Origin: Myxococcota bacterium
GTDB lineage: Bacteria > Myxococcota_A > UBA9160 > JAFDDA01
Reading direction: 5' to 3'
DNA length: 64,000 bases
NCBI GenBank assembly: GCA_965228475.1
Contig: OZ245817.1
Location: 1,472,001 to 1,536,000 of the forward strand
The notes under the pieces were generated by a model that had not been told where the DNA came from, ran no database searches, and saw nothing but the letters and a program-made list of their open reading frames with translations. Made by a program: the position numbers and the translations under genes. This document shows, in pieces, positions 18,634-28,103 of this stretch. Every line of letters begins with the position of its first letter. The stretch's first letter is position 1.

Positions 18634-20409
18634 CTAGTGGTGGTGGTCGCGGCCCTGGAGGCCGAGGCGGCCGAGGAAGCCGCGGGGGCCCTGGCGGAGG
18701 AGCGACGCGGCCAAGAGGCCGGCGAACGCGAAGGCGAGCAGCTGGGATGCCAGGCCCGGGGCGTGTTCCGGGTCCGGGGTCGGGACCGGGACGCTCGCGC
18801 CGGCGGTCCAGTTGATGATCGCGCCGAGCGCGAGCGTCGCGCCGATCAGTACGGCGCCCAGCAGCAGGGTCGTCCGGGCGCCGTGGAAGGCGCGGACGGC
18901 GCCGAAGGTCGTCACGTTCGTGGCGGGACCGGTCAACAGGAAGGCGACGACCGCGCCGGCGCTCACGCCTTTCGCCAGGAAGGCTGCGCCCACGGGCGTC
19001 GCCGCCGAGGCGCACACGTAGAACGGCGCCGCCAGGGATGCGAAGAGCGGGATCTCGAGGGCAGCCGGCACGGCCGCGATCCAGCCCGGATCGAGCAGGG
19101 GTTCGAGCAGCGCGGCCGCCGCGATGCCGGCGAGGACCCAGGGGCCCAGTTCGTCGAGCGAGTCCACGAATCCGTATTCGAGAGCGCCGCGGACTCCCGT
19201 GCGGTCGGTTTCTTCGAGCGGCGCGTCGTCGTCGACGGCCGGTGCGGCCGGCTCCGGCGCGAGCGCGCCGACCGCGAGGCCGACGCACAGGGCCAGGGCC
19301 GTCGCGGCGAGGATCCGGACGAGGGTCATCTCCCAACCGAGGAGCGGCAGGGAGATCGCCACGGCATCGATGCCGAGCTCGGGCGTCGCGATCAGGAACG
19401 CCGCCGCCGCCGCGGGGGGCAGCCCCTTGTGCATGAGCCCGCGATAGAGCGGGACGACGCCGCAGGAGCAGATCGGGATCGGCAGCCCGAAGACGACGCC
19501 GCGCACGGCGCTGCCGAACGCGGTCTTCCCCCGCATCCAGCGGCTCAGCGTCTGCTGCGGGACCAGGCTCAAGAGACCCGCGCCGAGGAAGCCGATCAGG
19601 ATCGCCGGGCTCGCTTCGACGAAGATCCGCAGGCCCGCCTCCCAGGATTGGACGAGCGCCGGATGCGGCGCCAGCGGCAGCAACGCGAAGAGCGCCAGGG
19701 CCGAGAGCGCGCCGGCGCCGGCAAACGCCCCGGGTGACGCCTGGTTCGCCGATGGCGCGTGGCCCAGGACGACGTGGAGCACGCCGCCCGCGAGGAGTGC
19801 TTCGAGCAGGCCGCCCGCGGGCAGGTGCGCGCCGGCGTGGACCGCGAGCTCGGGGAGGAGCAGGAAGCCCGCCGCGGTCGCGGCCATCAGACCCAGGAGC
19901 CCGAGCGAGGCGATGCGCTGCCCGACGGCGGGAGCGAGCACGGACCAGACGAACAGACCCACCGGGAGGCGATGGGAGACGATCGCGAGCGTGACGCCGA
20001 GCGGGCCCGCCCCGCCGGCGTGGTTCCATCCTTCCGGGCCCTCCGGACCGTGCGCTGTGCCGTGGGACGCCGAGGCGATCGCAGCACCATCGACGGCGCA
20101 GTGGACGAGCAGCCCGGCGACGGCCAGGAGGAGGATCGGCCGCGAACGTTCGATGCGCGTGCCATGCAGATGCCGCTCGGCGAACGCGGGAAGGAGAAAG
20201 CCGGCGAGCGCGGCCGGGAACGCCCAGCCTCCCAGATCCGCGTACGCATGGGGAAGCAGGAACAGGAGCGAAAGGCCGGCCGTCATCACCAGCACGAACC
20301 CGTCGAGGGCCGCGCGCAGGGGTTCCCGGCGGTCGAGCGCCCAGGCCAGCAGCGGGCCGAGGGCGAGGCTCGCGAGGGCCAGGCCGAGAGCGAGGTTGGG
20401 ATCGTTCAC
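18634..20409 (-). CDS. Putative metal permease (DUF318/ArsP-like domain fused to a ZIP-like N-terminal domain)
   Basis: GLPIPICSCGVVP, ATPELG, YVCASAATP and GPATN in the C-terminal half; HCAVDG and SHRLPVG in N-terminal TM helices. Confidence 0.75.
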   Translation of the reverse strand: MNDPNLALGLALASLALGPLLAWALDRREPLRAALDGFVLVMTAGLSLLFLLPHAYADLGGWAFPAALAGFLLPAFAERHLHGTRIERSRPILLLAVAGLLVHCAVDGAAIASASHGTAHGPEGPEGWNHAGGAGPLGVTLAIVSHRLPVGLFVWSVLAPAVGQRIASLGLLGLMAATAAGFLLLPELAVHAGAHLPAGGLLEALLAGGVLHVVLGHAPSANQASPGAFAGAGALSALALFALLPLAPHPALVQSWEAGLRIFVEASPAILIGFLGAGLLSLVPQQTLSRWMRGKTAFGSAVRGVVFGLPIPICSCGVVPLYRGLMHKGLPPAAAAAFLIATPELGIDAVAISLPLLGWEMTLVRILAATALALCVGLAVGALAPEPAAPAVDDDAPLEETDRTGVRGALEYGFVDSLDELGPWVLAGIAAAALLEPLLDPGWIAAVPAALEIPLFASLAAPFYVCASAATPVGAAFLAKGVSAGAVVAFLLTGPATNVTTFGAVRAFHGARTTLLLGAVLIGATLALGAIINWTAGASVPVPTPDPEHAPGLASQLLAFAFAGLLAASLLRQGPRGFLGRLGLQGRDHHH

Positions 20410-20448
20410 CGGGGCGAGTCTAGGCCGTCGAGCGCCGGCCGGGGTCGT

Positions 20449-20793
20449 TCAGGCGATGTCGACGGGGCCGTGGTCGTCGCAGTGGCCGTCGTGGGCGTGG
20501 TGGAGATGCCCGTCCACGAGGTAGTCGACGTGGTCGCCGTGCGGCACGGCCTCGTGGCCGCAGCCGTCGGCGTGCCGGTGGTCGGCCGCGTGGCCGCCGC
20601 AGGCGTGGTCGGGCGTGCAGTCCGCCGGGTTCGTGGGACCGACGGCGAGCTGATGTTCGTCCACGTGGCCGGAGTGGGGGTGGTGGAGGTGGCCGTCGTG
20701 GAGGTAGTCGGTGTGCCCATCGTGGCGGACGGCCGGGTGGCCGCAGCCTTCACCGTGGACGTGATCGTGACCCTGATGGCGATGACAGGACAT
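20449..20793 (-). CDS. His/Cys-rich small metal-binding protein with a two-fold internal repeat
   Basis: GAGGAG RBS; GCGHPAVRHDGHTDYLHDGHLHHPH and GCGHEAVPHGDHVDYLVDGHLHHAH. Confidence 0.8.
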   Translation of the reverse strand: MSCHRHQGHDHVHGEGCGHPAVRHDGHTDYLHDGHLHHPHSGHVDEHQLAVGPTNPADCTPDHACGGHAADHRHADGCGHEAVPHGDHVDYLVDGHLHHAHDGHCDDHGPVDIA

Positions 20794-20876
20794 GAGCGCT
20801 CCTCCTCGGTACACCGGAAGAGTAGCGATCCGATCCGGAGCCGTCGCGCGGAGCCCCCCAGGCCTTGGCGTGCCGC

Positions 20877-21614
20877 CTAGCGTGACGCCCGGCGCCAGGC
20901 GACCAGGGCCGGGAGCAGCAGCCAGCCGAGGGCCGGTTCCGGCACGGGCGTGAAGCCGAGGTTGTCGATCGAACCCGAGCCGTTGAGGTCGACGTGGACC
21001 TCGTCGAAGGCGGCCACGCCCAGCATGGCGGCGGTGACCTCGGGCAGGTGGTTCGCGGAGTTGTTGCCGGCGAAGTCGACGGTCGGGTCGCAGAACACGC
21101 CCACGTTGCACTCGAAGGCCGAGAAGAGGACCTGGCCGACCTGCGCGCCGTCGTCGAAGAAGGTCAGGCTCGCGCCCCCGGCCTGGCCGGATTCGAGGTC
21201 GATGGCCGTCAGCGAGAAGGCGGTGAGGTCGAAGTCGAAGGCCAGCTCGAAGCCGAGCAGCGCGCCTCCGGTCCGGCGCTCGTCGTCCGGGTCGTCGCAG
21301 ACGTCGTCGGCGCATCCGGTCTGGTTCTCCGCCACGATCAGCGCGTTGCCGAGGATCTCACCGGCCGCGTTCCCGGCGGTGAAGGGATCTTCGAGGTCGG
21401 GGTCCGAGGTGCCCATCACCGTGGTGTCGAACACGATGGCCAGGTCGAAGGCACGCGTCGGGTTGACGGCGGTGATGGTCAGGCCGGCGAAGTCCGTATC
21501 CACGATCTCGCCGTGCTCGAGGTCCTGGAGGGGCTCGTCGAACGTGATGGTGTCCGCCAGGGCCGCCGGGGCGAAGCAGCCGAGCGCCATCACGAGGGGC
21601 AGGAAGGTTCGCAT
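20877..21614 (-). CDS. PEP-CTERM surface protein
   Basis: GAGGAG RBS; signal peptide MRTFLPLVMALGCFAPAALA; acidic body; C-terminal VPEPALGWLLLPALVAWRR. Confidence 0.85.
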   Translation of the reverse strand: MRTFLPLVMALGCFAPAALADTITFDEPLQDLEHGEIVDTDFAGLTITAVNPTRAFDLAIVFDTTVMGTSDPDLEDPFTAGNAAGEILGNALIVAENQTGCADDVCDDPDDERRTGGALLGFELAFDFDLTAFSLTAIDLESGQAGGASLTFFDDGAQVGQVLFSAFECNVGVFCDPTVDFAGNNSANHLPEVTAAMLGVAAFDEVHVDLNGSGSIDNLGFTPVPEPALGWLLLPALVAWRRASR

Positions 21615-21732
21615 CTTCGATTCTCCTCTTCGCCAGGGGAGTGCGAAGAGGAGGGGTCGAGGTGACGCGAGAAGGCCCGAATTGCCGGAAGGTTGCCGGT
21701 TCGGTGCGCGTGATGGGGCGGCGCTGCCGGTG

Positions 21733-22737
21733 TCAGAGGCGGGTCGCGCGCTCCTGCGCTTCGAGCGCCAGGGCCTGGGCGCGGAAGGCCTGGCTCGGGG
21801 ATTGCGCGGTCTCGCTGCGCTCGCGCACGTCGCGCAGCAAGTTCCCGGCGAAGGGCAGGGGGTCGCGGCTGCAGTCGATGTGACGGGTCTCCTGGCCATC
21901 GACGAGCAGCACGTGCTCGCCGCCCGGCCGGCCGGCCGGGTCGACGTTCTTGCGCACTTCGAGGCTGCCTTCGGTGCCGAGCACGGTGAGCCGCACGTCG
22001 CCCCAGGTGCCGAGGCCGGCCGGGGTGTACCAGTCGACGCGCGCGTAGCCCGTCGCCCGGGGGCTTCGCACGAGTACGCTGCCGTAGTCTTCGAATCCGG
22101 GCCGCTCCGGGTGCGCGCGGTTGGCGACGGTGGCGGCGACGACCTCGGCGTCCTCCGCGCCGGTGAAGGCGAGGAACTGGTCCATCTGGTGCGAGGCCAG
22201 GTCGCCGAGGATGCCGCCCGAGCGCGCGGGCTCGAAGAACCAATCCGGTCGCGCCGTGAGCCCGAGCTGGTGCGGGCCGACGCCGATCGTCTCGACCACC
22301 TCGCCGATGGCGCCGGCTTCGACGAGGGCCTGCGCGCGCAGGGTCGAGCGGCTCGCCAGGCGCTCCGAGTAGAAGATTGCGCACAGGCGCCCGCTCTCGC
22401 GGCGTGCGGCGTCGAGGGCGTCGAGCTCCTCGCGGGTCACGGCCGCCGGCTTGTCGACGAAGACGTCCTTGCCGTGACGCATGGCCTCGATGCCGATGGC
22501 GGCGCGCCGGTCGGGCACGTCGACGCACAGGACGAGGGCGATGGTCGGGTCTTCGAGGATCTCGCGCGCGTTGCCGGCCGCGCGCGCGCCGGGCTGGAGC
22601 TTGCCGAAGCCCTCCATCATCCCGGCGTCGCCGTGGAAGGCGGCGAGCTCCGCGCCCGCGGCCTGGAGCAGTGCGGTCATCCCGAAGACGTGGACGTGGG
22701 CGAGGCCGAGGATGCCGAAGCGGACCGGTTCACTCAT
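21733..22737 (-). CDS. Gfo/Idh/MocA family oxidoreductase
   Basis: Rossmann start FGILGLAHVH, GKDVFVDKP and GGILGDLASHQMD. Confidence 0.88.
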   Translation of the reverse strand: MSEPVRFGILGLAHVHVFGMTALLQAAGAELAAFHGDAGMMEGFGKLQPGARAAGNAREILEDPTIALVLCVDVPDRRAAIGIEAMRHGKDVFVDKPAAVTREELDALDAARRESGRLCAIFYSERLASRSTLRAQALVEAGAIGEVVETIGVGPHQLGLTARPDWFFEPARSGGILGDLASHQMDQFLAFTGAEDAEVVAATVANRAHPERPGFEDYGSVLVRSPRATGYARVDWYTPAGLGTWGDVRLTVLGTEGSLEVRKNVDPAGRPGGEHVLLVDGQETRHIDCSRDPLPFAGNLLRDVRERSETAQSPSQAFRAQALALEAQERATRL

Positions 22738-22846
22738 TGAATTGTTCACGCACGCTCGGCCATGATGCTCGAGCGTATCATGGACTCGACGTTCGCAGCG
22801 TTTCGAGCTGACGGCGCCGTAGAAGCCCTCGCTGCCCGTCCGGCCC

Positions 22847-23281
22847 TCAGGCCGTTTCGTCGGGCGGCTCGCTGGCGCCGTCGCGCAGGTGGAGGGCGAA
22901 GAGCCGGCACGCGTCGGCCGCGGTGAAGATGCCGGCGAGCTTTCCGGCCTTGAGGACCAGCGCCGATCCGATCCGCATCTCCCACATGTGGTGGAGCACG
23001 CCGTCGAGGGGCTCGCTGACGTCGACCATGTAGGCCTGGTCGACGAAGGCGTCGCCGACGGAGAGTTCTTCCTCCCGCTGGCCGCCTTCCTCCGGCGTCT
23101 GGCAGCGCTTGATGTCGCGGTCGGAGACGACGCCCACGAGCTTCCGGTCCTCGGTCACCGGGAGGTGGCGGATGTCGTGTTCGGCCATCATCGCCTTCGC
23201 TTCGGCGATGCCCGCGCGCACGTCGATCCAATAGGGGAAGGGCGTCATCGCGGAGAGCATGTCGGGGATCCTGGTCGGCAT
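22847..23281 (-). CDS. Stand-alone CBS-pair protein
   Basis: MTPFP, IRHLPV, LVGVVSDRDI and LAGIFTAADA. Confidence 0.85.
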   Translation of the reverse strand: MPTRIPDMLSAMTPFPYWIDVRAGIAEAKAMMAEHDIRHLPVTEDRKLVGVVSDRDIKRCQTPEEGGQREEELSVGDAFVDQAYMVDVSEPLDGVLHHMWEMRIGSALVLKAGKLAGIFTAADACRLFALHLRDGASEPPDETA

Positions 23282-23313
23282 TCGCGGTCCTCGGTTTTTC
23301 CGGACGCCAGTTT

Positions 23314-23329
23314 TGCAATTCTCGTACCC
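23314..23329 (-). promoter_or_regulatory. sigma54 -24/-12 promoter of the CBS gene
   Basis: Minus strand GGGTACGAGAATTGCA (GG-N10-GC with TTGC), about 33 nt upstream of the ATG. Confidence 0.65.
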
Positions 23330-23333
23330 TGGA

Positions 23334-23387
23334 GCCAAGAGGGCAGGGCCCGTCACGCCCCGGGGCGTGACTTCCTGCCTCTTTGGC
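23334..23387. repeat. Long imperfect inverted repeat with a perfect 20-bp palindromic core
   Basis: GTCACGCCCC/GGGGCGTGAC at 23352-23371, flanked by GCCAAGAGGGCAGG and CCTGCCTCTTTGGC. Confidence 0.8.
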
Positions 23388-23460
23388 CCGGCGTCGCTGG
23401 AGCGCTCCGCCTCCCGGGGCGCCGGAAGCCCGCTCGCCGGGGCTGCAGGGAGGAACGTCC

Positions 23461-24639
23461 ATGTCGAGTGTCGAGCCGGTTCGAAGCGTTCGGTCCGAGG
23501 TCGCGTTCACGCGGCCCGAGGATCTCCGCCCGGACCCCGAGCGGCCCGGCCTCCTGTGCGGCCCGGACGTGGACCCCTACGCCGGGAGCGAGCGCCGCTT
23601 CCAGCTCCACGAAATCGAGGTGCGCGACTGCGCCGCCCTCGAAGGCTTCACCCCGGACCTCGTCGAGCATGGCTTCGCACGCGCCGATCTCTCCGGCGAC
23701 GCGGAGCTCCAGGCCGTGCTCGAACGCGTGCGCGCTGCGGCCCGGCTCGCGCCGGAAGACGAGCAGGCCATCCGCGACCGCCTCGCCGGCGCGCGGCTTC
23801 CGCTCGGCGGCGGACGCTTCGCCGAGGTGAGCTACATCGCGCCGGAAGGGTTCCTGCTGCGAACGCCGGGCCCGAACGGGCTGCAGGAGCAGCCGGGGAA
23901 GGGCGCGCCCGGGACGGCCGGGCTCGACGGCGCCCGCGGTGTCCACGCCGATCAGGACGTCGGCGGAACCCCGCTCCGCGAGCTCATGGACGGCCAGGCG
24001 CCCCGGCTCTTCCATCACGACTCGCCCGATGGCCGCAACGCCGATTCCACGCTCCACCTCTTGAACGTCTGGATCCCCCTCGAGCAGGCGACCCGCCCGC
24101 TCGCGCTGATGGACGGCCGCACCCTCGACCGCAAGCGCCACCAGGCGCGTTTCGGCCTCAAGGTCGACCGGCTCCTCGGGCGCGAGAGCGAACGCGCCGT
24201 GAACCACGTCTGGGCCTTCGTGCACGACGGCGCGCAGCGCTGGTACTTCGATTCGGAGATGGGTCCGGAGTCGGCGTGGGTGTTCGAGACGCTCTCGGCG
24301 CCGCACGTCTCGCTGATGCTTCCCGGCGAGGACGCCGCCGAGGCGCGCCATGGCCAGCTCGGTGCGGTGCTCGACGCCGTCGAAGCCGGGGACGCGGAAG
24401 CGCTGGCCCGCGCCGCCCGCAAGGAGCGAGCGGACCCGGACCCGAGCACGCCGGCTTCGCTGCGCCGCGCGATCGCCGCGATGGACGCGTTGCTCGAAGA
24501 CGCCGCCACGCGGCCCGACGCCCTGTGCGCCGGCGAAGCGTCCGGCTTCGCCGAGCGCGCCCGCCGCGCCCAGCAAGCCGTCGTCCGCAAATCGATCGAG
24601 ATGCGCGCGGTCTGCACGGTCACCAGCGGGGGAGCCTGA
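23461..24639 (+). CDS. AsaB/CmcJ/NvfI-like Fe(II) oxygenase
   Basis: GVHADQ (HxD), LNVWIPL...PLALMD, WYFDSEM, PH and terminal RKSIEMR, as recalled for this family. Confidence 0.65.
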   Translation: MSSVEPVRSVRSEVAFTRPEDLRPDPERPGLLCGPDVDPYAGSERRFQLHEIEVRDCAALEGFTPDLVEHGFARADLSGDAELQAVLERVRAAARLAPEDEQAIRDRLAGARLPLGGGRFAEVSYIAPEGFLLRTPGPNGLQEQPGKGAPGTAGLDGARGVHADQDVGGTPLRELMDGQAPRLFHHDSPDGRNADSTLHLLNVWIPLEQATRPLALMDGRTLDRKRHQARFGLKVDRLLGRESERAVNHVWAFVHDGAQRWYFDSEMGPESAWVFETLSAPHVSLMLPGEDAAEARHGQLGAVLDAVEAGDAEALARAARKERADPDPSTPASLRRAIAAMDALLEDAATRPDALCAGEASGFAERARRAQQAVVRKSIEMRAVCTVTSGGA

Positions 24640-24699
24640 GCCCCGCCCCTGCGATCCCCGTCGCTCCTCCGGCTCCGCCGGTAGTACACTGATCCGGGT

Positions 24700-26253
24700 A
24701 TGCGGCGAGCGCGGTCCGCGACATCCGATCGATCCGGTCCCTTCGCGTTCCTCCAGAGGACGGCGCGATGGTTCGTCGCTGGCCTGGTCCTCCCCGTCCT
24801 TCTCTCCTGCGCGAGCGATGAGCCCGCCCCTCGCTTTCCGCAGCCGCGGCTCGTCCTCCTCTACGCGACGTGCACGCTGAACAAGGATTACCTGGCCCCC
24901 TACCAGCCCTCGGTCTCCTTCACGCCGTTTCTCGAGGCCTTCAGCGAACGGGCGCTGACGTTTCCGGACCACTACGCCGAATCGGGGCAGTCGGGAGTCT
25001 CCTTCGCCGCGCTCTTCAGCGGCACCCAGGGGATGCACCACGGGGTCTACCGCCACCCGACGCGCCTGGCCGACGAGGTCCACCTGATCGCCGAGTCCTT
25101 CGCTGCGGCCGGCTACGACACGTTCTCCTGGCTGGGCCATCCCATGGCGTCCGCCGCGCTCCAGTACGGCCAGGGCGTCGACCCGGAGCGGCAGTTCGAG
25201 AGGCTGTTGACCGCGAACGATCCGGCCTTCGAGAACATCCTCGCGCGGCTGGAATCGGATCCGGACTACCGCGTTTTCATCGTCACGAACTTCACCGTCA
25301 CGCACGGACCCTACGCGCCCGCGGCGCTCCCGGCCTTTTGCAGGACCTATCCGGCGCTTTGTGAGCGGATCGAAGGGATTTCGAATCGGCAGATCCTGGT
25401 CCGGCAGTACCAGCGGGCGCACCTGCGCTTCTCGTTCGATTTCGCGGAGACGGTGCGCAGCCTGCGCATGGACGAGGCGCGCGTCGCGCAGCTCGAAGAT
25501 CTGATCGAGACGCTCTACCAGGCGAACGTGCACCGGCTCGACCGCCTGTTCGAGAGCCTCGTCTCCCGGATCGAAGCTCGGGGCCTTCTCCAAGAGAGTC
25601 TGATCGCCTTGACCGCCGATCACGGCGAAGTCCTCCTGCGCGAAAACGCCCACTTCCGGTTCACCCACGGCTTCCAGCTCGCGCACGAGGTGCTCGAGGT
25701 CCCCATGATGCTCTTCGGGCCGTCGGTGGGTGTGCAGCCCGGGGTGTTCGGCGGCGTCACGCGGTCGATCGACGTCTTTCCGACGCTCGCGGGGCTCAGC
25801 GCGGTCCCCGTGCCCCCGGTGCCCGGACTCGGCGCCGATCTCACGGAGGCCGTGCGGGGCGAAGCCGCGGCGCCGGCGCTCCTCGCCTTCAGCCATACGG
25901 CGCTGTTCACCGACACCGTGTGGAAGCGGTACCAGCGGTACGGTGCCCTGCGCGCCCTGATCCCCTCCCAGGACGCGAGCTTCATGTGGGTGGCCGTGCG
26001 AGACCGCGATGCCTGGCACAAGCTCCGCTACCTCGACGGCGAGTGGCGGCGCTCGGTGTTCCATCACGAAGACGCGGCGCGCGAGTCGAACGATCTCTTC
26101 GATGCCGAGGACGAGCACCACGCGGCCCTGACCCAGGCGCTCCTCGACTACAAACGGACCCTGCTCGAGGCGCGCGGCGGGCCCGGGGCCGAGCCCGAAG
26201 TCGGGCTCGAGAGCCAGATCGAGCTGCTGCGCAGCCTCGGCTACATCGAGTAG
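24700..26253 (+). CDS. Sulfatase/alkaline-phosphatase-fold exported protein with a degenerate active site
   Basis: Lipobox-like LLSC; TPFLEAF, LFSG, THGPY, TADHGE, IDVFPT and terminal LRSLGYI. Confidence 0.75.
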   Translation: MRRARSATSDRSGPFAFLQRTARWFVAGLVLPVLLSCASDEPAPRFPQPRLVLLYATCTLNKDYLAPYQPSVSFTPFLEAFSERALTFPDHYAESGQSGVSFAALFSGTQGMHHGVYRHPTRLADEVHLIAESFAAAGYDTFSWLGHPMASAALQYGQGVDPERQFERLLTANDPAFENILARLESDPDYRVFIVTNFTVTHGPYAPAALPAFCRTYPALCERIEGISNRQILVRQYQRAHLRFSFDFAETVRSLRMDEARVAQLEDLIETLYQANVHRLDRLFESLVSRIEARGLLQESLIALTADHGEVLLRENAHFRFTHGFQLAHEVLEVPMMLFGPSVGVQPGVFGGVTRSIDVFPTLAGLSAVPVPPVPGLGADLTEAVRGEAAAPALLAFSHTALFTDTVWKRYQRYGALRALIPSQDASFMWVAVRDRDAWHKLRYLDGEWRRSVFHHEDAARESNDLFDAEDEHHAALTQALLDYKRTLLEARGGPGAEPEVGLESQIELLRSLGYIE

Positions 26254-26319
26254 GCGACGTCCTGATGAGCCAGGGAAGCGGCGTCGAAGGAGCGGTCTTC
26301 GAGCGACCGTCGACCGGCT

Positions 26320-27468
26320 CTAGCCAACCCCCCTCGTGCGGGCGAGTGGCTCCCCGCCCTCGGCGACCCCCCAGCCGACCTCGGCCTGGAGCGCGAGGTC
26401 ATCCCGCTGCGTGAGTCCGAGGAAGCCCGCAAAGACCTGATAGCCGCCGAGTTCTTGGTCTTCCGCACCCTCCAACTCGACCGGCACCGTCGAGAAGCCC
26501 ACGGGAAGAACCCCGAGACCTGCGCCGGCGCAGAGCCAGCGGCGGCGGCTCATGGGCACAGGGCGCCGCGTCTCCAGATCCGCGATCCTGAGGTCGCGGT
26601 CTCTCCAGGGAGCCAAAGCAGGGTTCCGTGCGTAGAACATCGAAACCGTCTCTTCCGCGCCGGGACCACCGCGCGCCTGATGGGGAAGATCGACGTAAGG
26701 GAAGAAGCGCATGATCCATCCAGGGACCAGCTCGCCGCCGTAGATCTCGACCGGCATGTAGATGGACTGCCAGAAGTCCAGGTCAGGCTTTCCCTCGGCG
26801 GTGCGTCGGAGTTCGCGGCAGACCGGCCGGAGCCACTCGGTCCACCACTCGAGGTCGAAGGCGTTGAGACGATCGAGGCGCCCTTCGATCTTCCTCCAGT
26901 CGTCGGGGGTCCCGAGCAGGGTCACCTCCGGGATTCCGCAGATCAGCCGGAGCTCGTAGCGGAAATATCGCTTCATCGAATCGAGGAGGACGACGTCGGT
27001 CGCAACCCGGGTAGCGGGCGTCGATGTCGAGAAGTCGTTCTTCAGCAGTTCACCGATGGTGCCGGTCTCGGCGCGGACTCTCTCGCAGAGCCCAGCGATC
27101 GCAAGCTCCCAATCCCCGAGTGTTCGAAGTCGGCTGACGCCGCACGTCACCGTCCGTGTGCCTTCGAAGTCCACGAGTTGATCGCGGCGGGCCTTGGGAT
27201 CGGCGTTGACGTGCTGTGCGAAGCCCTGTGCGATCGTCAGCCAAACTCCATCCGGCGACAGGACGAGGGGGCGATGTTCGGAGAACGCGCGGTGGACCGC
27301 GTCGGCGAAGGGATGGAGGCGAGCGCCGCCGGCGACACGCAGCTGCGGGTCGGACAGCATGAGAATCTCCCGCGGGCCAAAGACCTCCCGGACCGCCTCG
27401 ATCGCCGGCCACTCCTCGATGCGGTCCGTGGCACGGTCTACCGCGTCGATCTCGAACGTGAAGCTCAC
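26320..27468 (-). CDS. DUF4419 family protein
   Basis: AFSEHRPLVLSPDGVWLTIAQGF, FSTST, CGIPEVTLLGTPDDW, PDLDFW and GWIMRFFPY. Confidence 0.8.
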   Translation of the reverse strand: MSFTFEIDAVDRATDRIEEWPAIEAVREVFGPREILMLSDPQLRVAGGARLHPFADAVHRAFSEHRPLVLSPDGVWLTIAQGFAQHVNADPKARRDQLVDFEGTRTVTCGVSRLRTLGDWELAIAGLCERVRAETGTIGELLKNDFSTSTPATRVATDVVLLDSMKRYFRYELRLICGIPEVTLLGTPDDWRKIEGRLDRLNAFDLEWWTEWLRPVCRELRRTAEGKPDLDFWQSIYMPVEIYGGELVPGWIMRFFPYVDLPHQARGGPGAEETVSMFYARNPALAPWRDRDLRIADLETRRPVPMSRRRWLCAGAGLGVLPVGFSTVPVELEGAEDQELGGYQVFAGFLGLTQRDDLALQAEVGWGVAEGGEPLARTRGVG

Positions 27469-27565
27469 ATGCTCTCCCCTTGTGGAATCTGCGGTGCCGT
27501 CAACCTCCGACGATTAGACTCTATCGCAGGAATCGCCCGAACCCGGATCCGCAAGGAGGCCCCCG

Positions 27566-28042
27566 ATGACCGAGCCCACTCACGACGGCGCCGCCGTCCG
27601 GTTTCCGCCGCCCTTCGTTCCGCTGATCGCCCTCGCCGTCGGCATGGGGCTACACGCCTGGGTGTTGCCGTTCGGGCTCCCCATGGCCGGCCTGCTCCGC
27701 TGGACGCTCGCGGCGGTCTTCCTCGGCGTCGGCGTTGCGCTGCTGCTCGCGGCCTTCGGACTCTTCCAGAAGACCGGGCAGGACCCGAAGCCCTGGGAGA
27801 CAACGCCCGAGATCATCTCGACCGGCATTTACGCGCACACCCGCAACCCGATGTACGTCGGGATGGGCTTTCTCCAGGCCGGTCTCGGCGTGGGCCTGGC
27901 GAACGGCTGGGTCGTTCTGCTCGTGCCGGTGACGTGCTGGGTGATCGGGCGGATCGCGATCCGCCACGAAGAGGCCTATCTCACCGAGAAGTTCGGCGCG
28001 GTCTACACGGACTATCAGCGCTCGGTCCGGCGCTGGCTCTAG
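27566..28042 (+). CDS. Isoprenylcysteine carboxyl methyltransferase/PEMT-family membrane protein
   Basis: AAGGAGG RBS; TGIYAHTRNPMYVG, EEAYL and YQRSVRRW. Confidence 0.85.
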   Translation: MTEPTHDGAAVRFPPPFVPLIALAVGMGLHAWVLPFGLPMAGLLRWTLAAVFLGVGVALLLAAFGLFQKTGQDPKPWETTPEIISTGIYAHTRNPMYVGMGFLQAGLGVGLANGWVVLLVPVTCWVIGRIAIRHEEAYLTEKFGAVYTDYQRSVRRWL

Positions 28043-28103
28043 CCCGGGGAGCGGCGCGGGTCTATGCTGGCCGCACCTTCCACAAACCATTCGAGGTACT
28101 TCG

